Source of the DNA: Carpediemonas membranifera BICM
Taxonomy: Eukaryota > Protista > Fornicata
NCBI GenBank assembly: GCA_019828565.1
Contig: JAHDYR010000027.1
Coordinates: 1-18,103 of the forward strand
DNA length: 18,103 bases
Reading direction: 5' to 3'
The translations under genes were made by a program, and so were the position numbers. Position 1 is the first letter of the stretch; each line of letters starts with the position of its first letter. Under the pieces are notes generated by a model. It was not told the origin of the DNA, made no database searches, and saw nothing but the letters and a program-made list of their open reading frames with translations. Below are positions 9,425 through 17,798 of this stretch, one piece after another.

Positions 9425-9755
9425 CCACACCGATATGCTTGGGCTAAACTGCACATTTCTCCAAATGTGAGGTATGTGGCTCGAACGACCTACAACCCGG
9501 GCTAGTGGCTCTCAAACACACTCAAGTCCGGGTATACTGCGAGTAAACACGACGAAATGCTCAAATCAGAACACATGCTGCAAATTTTGGGGACGATGAG
9601 AGGCTGTTTTTCCGCACCAAATCACGACACCGCAGTTCGCAATCGCATAGATGCTTTCAAATCGAAAAATGTATCTCCTATCTGATCTGAATTTGCTTGA
9701 CTCCGCCGTTGACGCGTCATGACTCATACCATTTCATCAGACAAAATACCAACCA
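9425..9755. promoter_or_regulatory. Putative divergent promoter region between the coiled-coil gene and OAT
   Basis: Lower-GC intergenic stretch between head-to-head start codons. Inferred from geometry only. Confidence 0.4.
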
Positions 9756-11047
9756 ATGGGCCTTTCATCCGCCGAATGCATGCAGAAGGAGAACGAATTT
9801 TCCGCTCACAACTAGTATGTATGCCGTTGACTCGCTTATTTAGCCACCCGCTTCCCGTTGTCTTCGAGAGCGCCAAGGGCGTCGAAGTAACCGATCCCGA
9901 GGGCAAGAAGTACATCGACTGCCTTGCTGCGTACTCTGCCGTGAACCAGGGCCACTGCCACCCCAAGATTGTCCAGGCGATGATCGATCAGGCCCAGAAG
10001 CTGACGCTGTCATCCCGCGCCTTCTACACCAACCAGCTCGGCCCCTTCTGCGAGTACCTCACCAAGTTCTTCGGCTACGAGAGCGCTCTTATGGCTAACT
10101 CTGGCGTCGAGGCCGTTGAAACTGCTCTGAAGCTGGCCCGTGCCTGGGGCTACAAGTCCAAGGGCATCCCCGAGAACCAGGGCCTCACCGTCTGCTGCGA
10201 TGGAAACTTCCACGGCCGCACCCTCGGTGTGATCACGATGTCGTCCGACCCAGACTGCCGCGAGCCCTTCGGCCCCTTCAACGGCGGCTTCCTCAACATC
10301 CCGTATGATAACCTCGACGCCGCCCGCGAGGTCTTCGAGAAGTTCGGTGACCGCATCAACGCTTTCATCGCTGAGCCCATCCAGGGTGAGGCCGGCATCT
10401 TTGTGCCCCACGACGACTTCCTCCCCGGCGTCCACGAGCTCTGCAAGAAGCACAACTGCCTCTTCATCATGGACGAGGTCCAGACCGGCATCGCCAGGAC
10501 CGGCAAGCTCCTCGCCACTGAGTACGTCGGCATCAAGCCCGATGTTGTCGTCCTCGGCAAGGCCCTCAGTGGCGGCGTCGTCCCCGTGTCAGCCATTCTC
10601 TCGTCCAAGGAGATCATGCACGTCGGCTTCACCCCAGGCTCCCATGGCTCGACGTTCGGCGGCAACCCCGTCTCGTGCGCCGTGGCCCGCGCCGCTCTCG
10701 AGGTCGTCAAGGAGGAGAAGCTGGCCGAGCGCGCCATGGAGCTCGGCGAGTACTTCCGTGAGAAGGTACGCGCTCTCAACTCCCCCCACATCGAACTCGT
10801 TCGCGGCCGCGGTCTGCTCAACGCCGTCATCATCAAGCCCATCGAGGACAAGACCGCCTGGCACGTGTGCCTCCTCCTCAAGGAGCACGGTGTTCTGGCC
10901 AAGCCCACCCACAACCACATCATCCGCTTCGCCCCTCCTCTTGTGATCACCAAGGAGCAGATCAATCACGTCGTCGAGATGTTCGCCAAGAGCCTCGAGG
11001 AGTACGCTACCCTGAAGCGCACTGACATCCCTGGCTACGACCTTTAA
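9756..11047 (+). CDS. OAT: Ornithine aminotransferase (class III PLP-dependent); exons 9756-9814 and 9844-11047 (420 aa)
   Basis: Splicing restores the conserved N-terminal AHNYHPLPVVF (MGLSSAECMQKENEFSAHNY-HPLP). Also YSAVNQGHCHPKI, NFHGRT, EPIQGEAG, DEVQTG, PLP lysine in LGKALSGG, HGSTFGGNP and LAKPTH. Confidence 0.96.
9815..9843 (+). other. Spliceosomal intron, 29 nt
   Basis: GTATGTATGCCGTTGACTCGCTTATTTAG splits the Tyr codon (TA|C) of the conserved AHNYHP motif. The unspliced track ORF lacks AHNY. Confidence 0.92.
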
Positions 11048-11355
11048 ATCATGTGGTAACAGTTTTCGTGCTTATTGGTGTCTATGTATACCGTAAATGC
11101 CGAATGCTCTTCAGTGGTCTTGCCGATAATGACAACCAAGTGATGCTCTCGCTATGCAAGGCGTCAACGCCTTCATTCGTACATCACGGAACTCAGTGCA
11201 TGATCAAGGAGTTCAACTCTGCGTTGTTCCCATCGGAAACGTCGGCATGCTATGTTGGTGGGACATCTCTGCTTAAAAGTGTCAATATCAACGCCTTCAA
11301 CCAACCATTATTCACAAATTGCAGATCAATAAGTCTTTCCAGGTTCAGCAGAAGC

Positions 11356-13053
11356 ATGTCTGCACGTCCAGCGGCGAATGACCAAGTGTGGCCCTCCGGC
11401 GAGCAGTTGGACGTCGCGAGGATCCTCAAAGACAACGCCTCCGCATGCTACCAGTGCGAACAGGCGCGTGGCCCCGGCTGCAACACGAAGAGCGGCGTCT
11501 GCAGCAAGAGCCCCGAGACGACGGCCATCCAGGACCACATCACGTGGCTCTGCATGCAGTTCGCAGCCACGGCGCTGAAGGACCGCACCAAGGTGACCGA
11601 CGAACAGCTCGTTCTGTTCAACCGCGCGATTTTCACGACGCTCACGAATGTCAACTTCGACGACGACGCCCTCATGCGCTACGCCGATGACCTCACCGCC
11701 GAGCTCGCCAACCTCGGCGTCAAGGGCGTACAGAAGTCCGCCGCCGAAGCCCGCGCGACGCTCAACGAGTTCGGGCTCGCCCACCGTCTCCACAAGTTCG
11801 GCCAGACACTCGGCGGCCTGCGCGAGACCGTCATCTACGGCATCCGCGGCGCCGCCGCCTACGCGGACCACACCTTCGTGCTCGCCGGGCTTGAGCCTGT
11901 CCGCAAGGAGACGTGGATGAACGTCGAGGCGATGGCCGAGCTCAGCAAGGACGACCTGTCCGTCGACACGCTCCTCGGGCTCGTCCTCAAGGTCGGCGAG
12001 GCCAACTTCGGCATCATGGCCGCGCTCGACAAGGCGCACAACGACGCGCTCGGCCAGCCCAGCTTCGCGCCTGTCAACACGCGCCCCGTTGAGGGCAAGT
12101 GCATCCTCATCACGGGCCACGACATGGACGACCTCCGCAAGCTGCTCGAGCAGTGCGAGCCGCGCGGCGTCAACGTCTTCACCCACGGCGAGATGATCCC
12201 CGCCCACGCCTACCCCGCCCTGCGCAAGTACAAGTGCCTCGCCGGCAACTTCGGCACGTCGTGGCGCAACCAGCGCAAGGAGTTCCCGCTCTTCCCCGGC
12301 CCCGTGCTCTTCACGACGAACTGCATCATGCCCCCGCGCGACGACTACAAGCACCGCGTTTTCACGACCGGCCGCGTCGGCTTCCCGGGCCTGACCCACG
12401 TCGAGAACGGCGAGTTCGAGCCCGCCATCAAGGCCGCGCTCGAGGCCCCCGGCTACACTAAGGCCGACGTCGAGGCCGCCAACGCCGAGTCGCCCCTGCT
12501 CGTCGGCGCGATGCACGCCGAGGTTCTGAGCCACGCGGGCAAGATCCTCGAGCTGATCGGCGCGGGCAAGCTGCGCCACATCATCTTCATCGGCGGCTGC
12601 GACGGCAGCACACCCGGCCGCAACTACTTCTCGGACCTCGCCGAGGCCGTGCCCGACGACTGCCTGATCCTGACCGGCGCCTGCGGCCGCTACCGCATCA
12701 ACCGGGTCAAGGACTACGGCGATATCGAGGGCATCCCGCGCCTGCTCGACGTTGGCCAGTGCAACGACGTCTTCAGTGCCATCAAGATCGCGGTCGCCCT
12801 GTCCGAGGCCACCGGGCTCGCCGTCAACGACCTGCCTCTCTCGCTGTGCGTGAGCTGGTTCGAGCAGAAGGCCGTCGCCGTGCTGCTGACGCTGCTCCAC
12901 CTGGGCATCCGCAACATCCGCCTCGGCCCCTCGCTGCCCCGCTTCCTGACCCCCGACGCCCTCGGCGTGCTGGCCGACAAGTTCGCCCTGAAGCCCACGA
13001 ACAACGGCGACGCCAAGGCCGACCTCGCTGACATGCTCGCCGGCGAGCACTAA
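11356..13053 (+). CDS. hcp: Hybrid cluster protein (prismane; NO/hydroxylamine reductase)
   Basis: N-terminal cubane motif CYQC-x7-C-x6-C; TLTNVNFD; hybrid-cluster ligand motifs TGHD, HGEM, TTNC, GGCDG, ACG, GQCND and WFEQKA. The start could instead be an upstream in-frame ATG (11104, 11143 or 11200). Confidence 0.95.
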   Translation: MSARPAANDQVWPSGEQLDVARILKDNASACYQCEQARGPGCNTKSGVCSKSPETTAIQDHITWLCMQFAATALKDRTKVTDEQLVLFNRAIFTTLTNVNFDDDALMRYADDLTAELANLGVKGVQKSAAEARATLNEFGLAHRLHKFGQTLGGLRETVIYGIRGAAAYADHTFVLAGLEPVRKETWMNVEAMAELSKDDLSVDTLLGLVLKVGEANFGIMAALDKAHNDALGQPSFAPVNTRPVEGKCILITGHDMDDLRKLLEQCEPRGVNVFTHGEMIPAHAYPALRKYKCLAGNFGTSWRNQRKEFPLFPGPVLFTTNCIMPPRDDYKHRVFTTGRVGFPGLTHVENGEFEPAIKAALEAPGYTKADVEAANAESPLLVGAMHAEVLSHAGKILELIGAGKLRHIIFIGGCDGSTPGRNYFSDLAEAVPDDCLILTGACGRYRINRVKDYGDIEGIPRLLDVGQCNDVFSAIKIAVALSEATGLAVNDLPLSLCVSWFEQKAVAVLLTLLHLGIRNIRLGPSLPRFLTPDALGVLADKFALKPTNNGDAKADLADMLAGEH

Positions 13054-13117
13054 GCCGAATAAATCTGTGATGCATCTTTACTATCAGATCCAATCTGAGA
13101 GTAATACACGGCCACGT

Positions 13118-15595
13118 TCAGTCGACCTCGATGAATTCTACCTCCTTCATGCGAACAGACTCGGGTGTACCCCGACGTGATGGCAGCGACGCCGTCCTCG
13201 ACTGGTCCGACCCGACCTGGGTGATCGGCGAGCACGGCAGCCCCCTCTTACCGCTGGGACCACCGCTGGCTGGGTCCGTGCCCCCCTGCCCTGCTCCACT
13301 TGACCGGGACACAGCTTCGTCCTGCCGGGTCTGGGAGTCTGTGTTCTTCGTTTCCACAGCAGCATGCCCCACGGCCGCCTTGCTGCCTAAAATCGCTATC
13401 AGATCCACATCAAGCGTATCTTCCGCCAGCAAGTGGTAGATCTGGACGAATTTGTGACTTGACGAGAGTCGACACACTCGGTCCACGGCCTGCTGCAAAT
13501 CAGACGGCGTCTCGGGTGTCTCAGCCAAGAATACAGTGTTCGCACACGCCAGGTCCACGCCCACGCCGCATGTTCCGTATGTTGTCACCAAAACCCGCAC
13601 AGTCGAGTCATTCTTAAACTGCTCGACCGCTTTGTTTCTGACATTGACTGAGTCTGCCCCATCTACGGCGAGGACCTTCCCCAGCTGCCTGGCCCCGCAC
13701 TCCTGGGTCAAGCACTCCGTGACCTTTGCAACGACGTCCCTGAAGTGACAGAAGACGATGGCCTTGTCCATCTCCCTGAGCCGTTCGACGGCGAACAGGG
13801 CGACCTCATCGGCCTTGAGCAGCCCAGTGTCCCGCCTGAGGCCGCTGTACAGCCCGTTGGCCTCGTCCGTGGCTCTCTTCAGCTGCCCGAGCGCCTCCGA
13901 CCCGGGTACCAGCTGCTGGCCCTCGAGCCTCTTCTTCAGGGCAATGAGTGCCGTCTTCTTCCTCCTATACTCGTTGAGTCGTGACTTAAACTTGAGTCCG
14001 GGTCGAGTCGAGTCGACTGTGAGCCAGACCTCCCTGCCGTGTTTTGCCGGAATATTGTCGAGCGGTATGTCGGCAAGAGTCGTTCGAGTCATTACTGTAG
14101 CCCTAAGTAAAGCATCCAGCTCATGTAAATGCCTTGCCCTCTTGAACTCCTGTCTGAACAGCGAGTACGTCGTCAGCGGCCTATTGTTAGCTTGCACCCG
14201 CACCCTATCCGACGACGACACGCAGTACCGCTGCACAAACTGCCATTTCTTGGCCGCATACACCATCGGCTCGAGCATCATGAGCGGTGTCCACAACTCC
14301 GACACGGCGGCCCGGGCGGGGGTGCCCGAGAGGAGCACGAGGTGGGGGGCATTGGACGCGAGCTTCTTCACAGCCTTGAACCGGCCGCTGTCCCAGTTGT
14401 TGAGGGCGTGGGACTCGTCACAGACCACCGTTACGGGCTTGGTGGCTATGATTCGTCCTAAAAGTGCGGCAGATCTTGACAACATGGCGTATGACACGAC
14501 CAGATACTCAATATTCAATGGGATCTCCTCTGTGCCCTTCTTGACACACCGCGCGGGTCGCTCGAGCCACATCCCGACCTGCCGAGCCCACTGCGCCCTG
14601 ACGTTAGCCGGGCAGACGATCACCTTCGTGCCCTCCCATCTCGCGGCGATGCACAGCGCCTCCAGTGACTTCCCGAGCCCCATGTCATCCGCCAGGAGAA
14701 CCCGACCCCGCCGCACCCCCGCCTCCACGGCAGAGATCTGGTGCGGCTTGAGTGCCTCTCGGACTCTGTCCGTGAGGTGACACAGGGGGTCTACCGTCGG
14801 GCTCTGGTCGGGGGTCTGGCTGGGGGCCGTGAGCTGTCGCAGCCGGTCGAGTACAAAGGCGGGCGGCGTGTCGGTGAGGGTAATGGGCCGGCCTGCGAGT
14901 GCTCTGGTGATCTCCCTCGGCTTGTTCTGCCCCGAGACTATGGTGATGACAGTGTCGATCGACTTGAGGGGGAAGGTGACCACAAAGGCGTTGGTCTGCT
15001 CCTTCTTCGCGAATAGGTTCGACCGCTTGAAGAATGGCCGGTACTCTGCCCCCAGGATGCTCTTGAACGCCCGAGTGACCGACGGGTCCACCCCCTCGCC
15101 ATCAGCACCCACCAGCATCACACGGTCCGCAGAATACACTGCCAGGCTCAGCTCTAGGGCCGGTGGTGGCCTCACTGCTGGGTCTATGGGGATGCTCTGC
15201 GTCATGGGGGGCGGCGGCCGCTTCATCGGCGGGCCGGGGTATGACGGGACCGAGTGCTGGGCTGGGCCGGGTATAGGCTGGCTCTCGAAGGGCTGGGACC
15301 ACCCGGCGTACGATAGCTTGCGGGGAACGACCGCAGGACGCTCCACGCGGGCCGAACGCTGTGATAGAGGGGAGCCGAACATCTGCGGCGTCGTGCATTG
15401 GGAGCCCTGCGAGTCTGAAAGGGTCTCTGCGTACTTGTTCATCTGGCGGACGTACTGGGACCCTTGTGCCGGCTGGTAGACGAACCTTGATGGCGAGTTC
15501 ATGGAAGGAAGGCTCCCTGTGTGGTAATCGGCATATCTAGTGGGCGATAACATGGGGGGTAAGCTTGCTCTTGACTGAGCCGTGTAATTGGACAT
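13118..15595 (-). CDS. SNF2-family ATPase, SMARCAL1/ZRANB3-like annealing helicase (825 aa)
   Basis: Q motif LKPHQ, Walker A LLADDMGLGKS, Ia VCPANVRAQW, DExH VCDESH, III LLSGTP, IV IVFCHF, V GVGVDL, VI QAVDRVCR. First in-frame ATG at 15595. The subfamily call rests on motif flavour. Confidence 0.85.
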   Translation of the reverse strand: MSNYTAQSRASLPPMLSPTRYADYHTGSLPSMNSPSRFVYQPAQGSQYVRQMNKYAETLSDSQGSQCTTPQMFGSPLSQRSARVERPAVVPRKLSYAGWSQPFESQPIPGPAQHSVPSYPGPPMKRPPPPMTQSIPIDPAVRPPPALELSLAVYSADRVMLVGADGEGVDPSVTRAFKSILGAEYRPFFKRSNLFAKKEQTNAFVVTFPLKSIDTVITIVSGQNKPREITRALAGRPITLTDTPPAFVLDRLRQLTAPSQTPDQSPTVDPLCHLTDRVREALKPHQISAVEAGVRRGRVLLADDMGLGKSLEALCIAARWEGTKVIVCPANVRAQWARQVGMWLERPARCVKKGTEEIPLNIEYLVVSYAMLSRSAALLGRIIATKPVTVVCDESHALNNWDSGRFKAVKKLASNAPHLVLLSGTPARAAVSELWTPLMMLEPMVYAAKKWQFVQRYCVSSSDRVRVQANNRPLTTYSLFRQEFKRARHLHELDALLRATVMTRTTLADIPLDNIPAKHGREVWLTVDSTRPGLKFKSRLNEYRRKKTALIALKKRLEGQQLVPGSEALGQLKRATDEANGLYSGLRRDTGLLKADEVALFAVERLREMDKAIVFCHFRDVVAKVTECLTQECGARQLGKVLAVDGADSVNVRNKAVEQFKNDSTVRVLVTTYGTCGVGVDLACANTVFLAETPETPSDLQQAVDRVCRLSSSHKFVQIYHLLAEDTLDVDLIAILGSKAAVGHAAVETKNTDSQTRQDEAVSRSSGAGQGGTDPASGGPSGKRGLPCSPITQVGSDQSRTASLPSRRGTPESVRMKEVEFIEVD

Positions 15596-15774
15596 CGCCA
15601 AGCCAATATTTCCACAGAAATGCGTTTCTTCATCCGGCGCAAAAATTTTTCGCACAAGTCGCCCTGGGCTATCGCTGAGGGCCAACGCCTTCCCAGATCA
15701 CGATACAGCCGCCTGACGCAGTTTTAACCAAACTTCTTAACGGGGCGGGATTTAGAGGTCATTTGGCGACCAGG

Positions 15775-16437
15775 CTAGTCGCTCTCGACGTAGTCGTCGT
15801 CGGAGGACTCGGGCTCTGACGAGGATGGGTAATCCTCGTCCTCATCGTACTCCTCTTCCTCCTCCTCGGCCTTCTCTTGCGCCTTGGGCTTACCGATCCC
15901 CCTGACAGTCGCCGCGATCCGCTCGACGTTCCTGTCGAGCTGGTCCTCAGTTGAATTGTCAAGCTCTAGCACGGCGACACCCACCCCGGCGTTCTTCAGC
16001 CTCTCGGACTCGTCCAGGCAAACGGACCCGACCTCGGCGGCGTTGTTCTCGATCATCTTGTTCACATCGTAGCCACGGGTCTCCATGCGTGTATAGTGCA
16101 CAGATGGCTCACAGCGAAGCACTACAATAAGGTCGAAGAGGCCGTTGAGGCGATCGCCGTCCTCCTCGATCGGATCGAAGAGGCTGGGGGAGTGGTGCTC
16201 GACGGCAAGAGCCGTGGCGGTGTGCTTGCGAAGAGAAGGGATCAACTTATCCAAAAGATCGTCTTCGTTGAGGTAGTCAGCGTCAAACTCCTCGTTATGG
16301 GACTCCACGAACCCGTGCTCCCGTGCGTACTGGCCTATATTGAGCTTATCAGCAACAACTTCCGCAGAGAGAAGTTTTTCAATGATAACACTCTTTCCAC
16401 AACCCGGTGTGCCGGTTACGAGAACCCTGATGCCCAT
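15775..16437 (-). CDS. AK6: Adenylate kinase 6 / Fap7 / CINAP homologue with acidic C-terminal tail
   Basis: P-loop VLVTGTPGCGKS; LNEDDLLD; FDLIVVLRC; RMETRGY...KMIENNAAEV matches the AK6 lid region; E/D-rich tail. Confidence 0.88.
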   Translation of the reverse strand: MGIRVLVTGTPGCGKSVIIEKLLSAEVVADKLNIGQYAREHGFVESHNEEFDADYLNEDDLLDKLIPSLRKHTATALAVEHHSPSLFDPIEEDGDRLNGLFDLIVVLRCEPSVHYTRMETRGYDVNKMIENNAAEVGSVCLDESERLKNAGVGVAVLELDNSTEDQLDRNVERIAATVRGIGKPKAQEKAEEEEEEYDEDEDYPSSSEPESSDDDYVESD

Positions 16438-16590
16438 TCACCGCGTCTTGAGCATAATCTGCGGTCACGTCGTTCGAGCCATCCAGAACGCAAATGAGTC
16501 GATATGCGGAATTAACCCTGCTTTTCACTGACCATGCCGCCTTTTCCTGCCATATGTGGCTCGATGAGGCAAATCTGACAATTCGTTCCA
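16438..16590. promoter_or_regulatory. Putative bidirectional promoter between AK6 and ECO1 (153 bp)
   Basis: Head-to-head ATGs at 16437 (-) and 16591 (+). Inferred from geometry only. Confidence 0.5.
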
Positions 16591-17283
16591 ATGCAGGCGT
16601 TTCTCAGTCCTAGCAAGGGTAAGAAGGCCAACGTTAAGCGAACGAAGCCAATCGCGAAATTAAGCACTCCAAAGAAGGCAAAATCTTCCAAGAAGGCTCG
16701 GCAAACGTTTCTTTCGCCGACCGGAGCCATTACTGCGGTATCGCCTGAGATTCGGCAGATTATTCAAGGCAAAGTGAAGCACATAATCGAATTGAAAGCG
16801 TCTGCTCTCAAGCTCGATCCGAAATTCCGCCGTTCGTTCGTGGCGAAGGGCCAGGTGCACACTGTCCGCCGTACCGACCACGCCGCCTCACTGGAGGCTG
16901 TCCGGGACTTTGTGGACGAGTACCTTGGTGCTGCGAGCACTTCCATAACCCACGAGGGTGAGTGTGCCTTCGTCATGGTCAGGAAGGGTCAGGTCGACGC
17001 CGTCCTCGTCACCGAGCTGCTCTCCACGGCAACAACGTGCAAGGCCCTGGGTGGTAAGAAAGTGCCCAGTCGTCCCATTGGGGTGGACCGCGTCTGGGTT
17101 GCCCAGTCGTGCAGGGGCAGAGGCATGGCTGCGGCCTTGCTGGACGGGGCGATGGAGCATCTGTCGACTCGGCTAGGGCGGCAGCTAGGGGCTAGTGATT
17201 TCGCATTTTCGCAGCCCACGGACGATGGCCAGGCGCTGCAGATGGCATGGGGGAAGGAGGTTGTGTATTACGACGGGGGATGA
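16591..17283 (+). CDS. ECO1: Eco1/ESCO-like cohesin acetyltransferase (GNAT fold)
   Basis: Family motifs VRDFVDEYLG, IGVDRVWVAQSCRGRGMAAALLD (acetyl-CoA binding) and FAFSQPTDDG; basic N-terminus with Q-x-x-L PIP-like motifs. Confidence 0.85.
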   Translation: MQAFLSPSKGKKANVKRTKPIAKLSTPKKAKSSKKARQTFLSPTGAITAVSPEIRQIIQGKVKHIIELKASALKLDPKFRRSFVAKGQVHTVRRTDHAASLEAVRDFVDEYLGAASTSITHEGECAFVMVRKGQVDAVLVTELLSTATTCKALGGKKVPSRPIGVDRVWVAQSCRGRGMAAALLDGAMEHLSTRLGRQLGASDFAFSQPTDDGQALQMAWGKEVVYYDGG

Positions 17284-17769
17284 GCGCGACACACGGTCGT
17301 CCACTCATTTTAGAACGGCGTTAAACACGGATACGAGGCATTACATGTCCATAGATGCATCTGTTGTACATTTATTCTCAATCCAGCCCCATCCGGCTAG
17401 AAGTGGCCGGCATGACCCCAGTGGCGGCCATCCGGCCGTGCCATCACAGGGTTAGAGATGTTAGCTTCGTCCAGGATGTCAGCAGCTGTATAGTTGATGT
17501 ATACATCCGGTTTGTTGTCAAATATTGCCATTGTCAGTCTGTGCATTTTGTGGTCGGCAATCAGATTTCATTTTGATTGACACGGCCATCATAGTCCGTT
17601 GGGAGGATACTGCCCTGCTCGGGCTCTCTGGCGCCCGTCCACGATCCTCCCACTAATCAATCGTGTCGAATTGTCTCGAGCGACTGTGTTCTCGAGTCGG
17701 ACTGAACCCACGCTTGAACGTCAGCAGAGTTGCCGCTGGCGCATTTATTTCTCCGGCTGGCAATCCGCG

Positions 17770-17798
17770 TGAAGTATCATCGAGTGCACAGTGCAAGC
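17770..17798 (+). repeat. 29-bp direct repeat, copy 1
   Basis: TGAAGTATCATCGAGTGCACAGTGCAAGC; 28/29 identical to 18075-18103. Confidence 0.85.

Noticed and set aside
9719-9843. Track N-terminus of OAT (MTHTISSDK...)
   Set aside because: Reads through the intron in the wrong upstream frame; the spliced model from ATG 9756 restores AHNYHP.
10150-10965. Antisense and alternative-frame ORFs over OAT
   Set aside because: Codon-bias shadows of a well-supported gene.
11026-11060. OAT-HCP read-through fusion
   Set aside because: The two genes are in different frames and no frameshift signal is evident.
11281-11323. Possible intron giving HCP a short MLVGHLCLKVSISLSRFSRS presequence
   Set aside because: Donor GTCAAT and the acceptor lack the GTATGY and branch-A pattern of the supported introns; not supportable without RNA data.
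11326-13050. 574-aa antisense ORF over hcp
   Set aside because: Shadow frame produced by strong C/G third-position bias; no motifs, and the sense strand is a clear HCP.
13758-14780. 340-aa plus-strand ORF opposite the helicase
   Set aside because: Ser/Arg-rich shadow translation overlapping the conserved helicase motifs.
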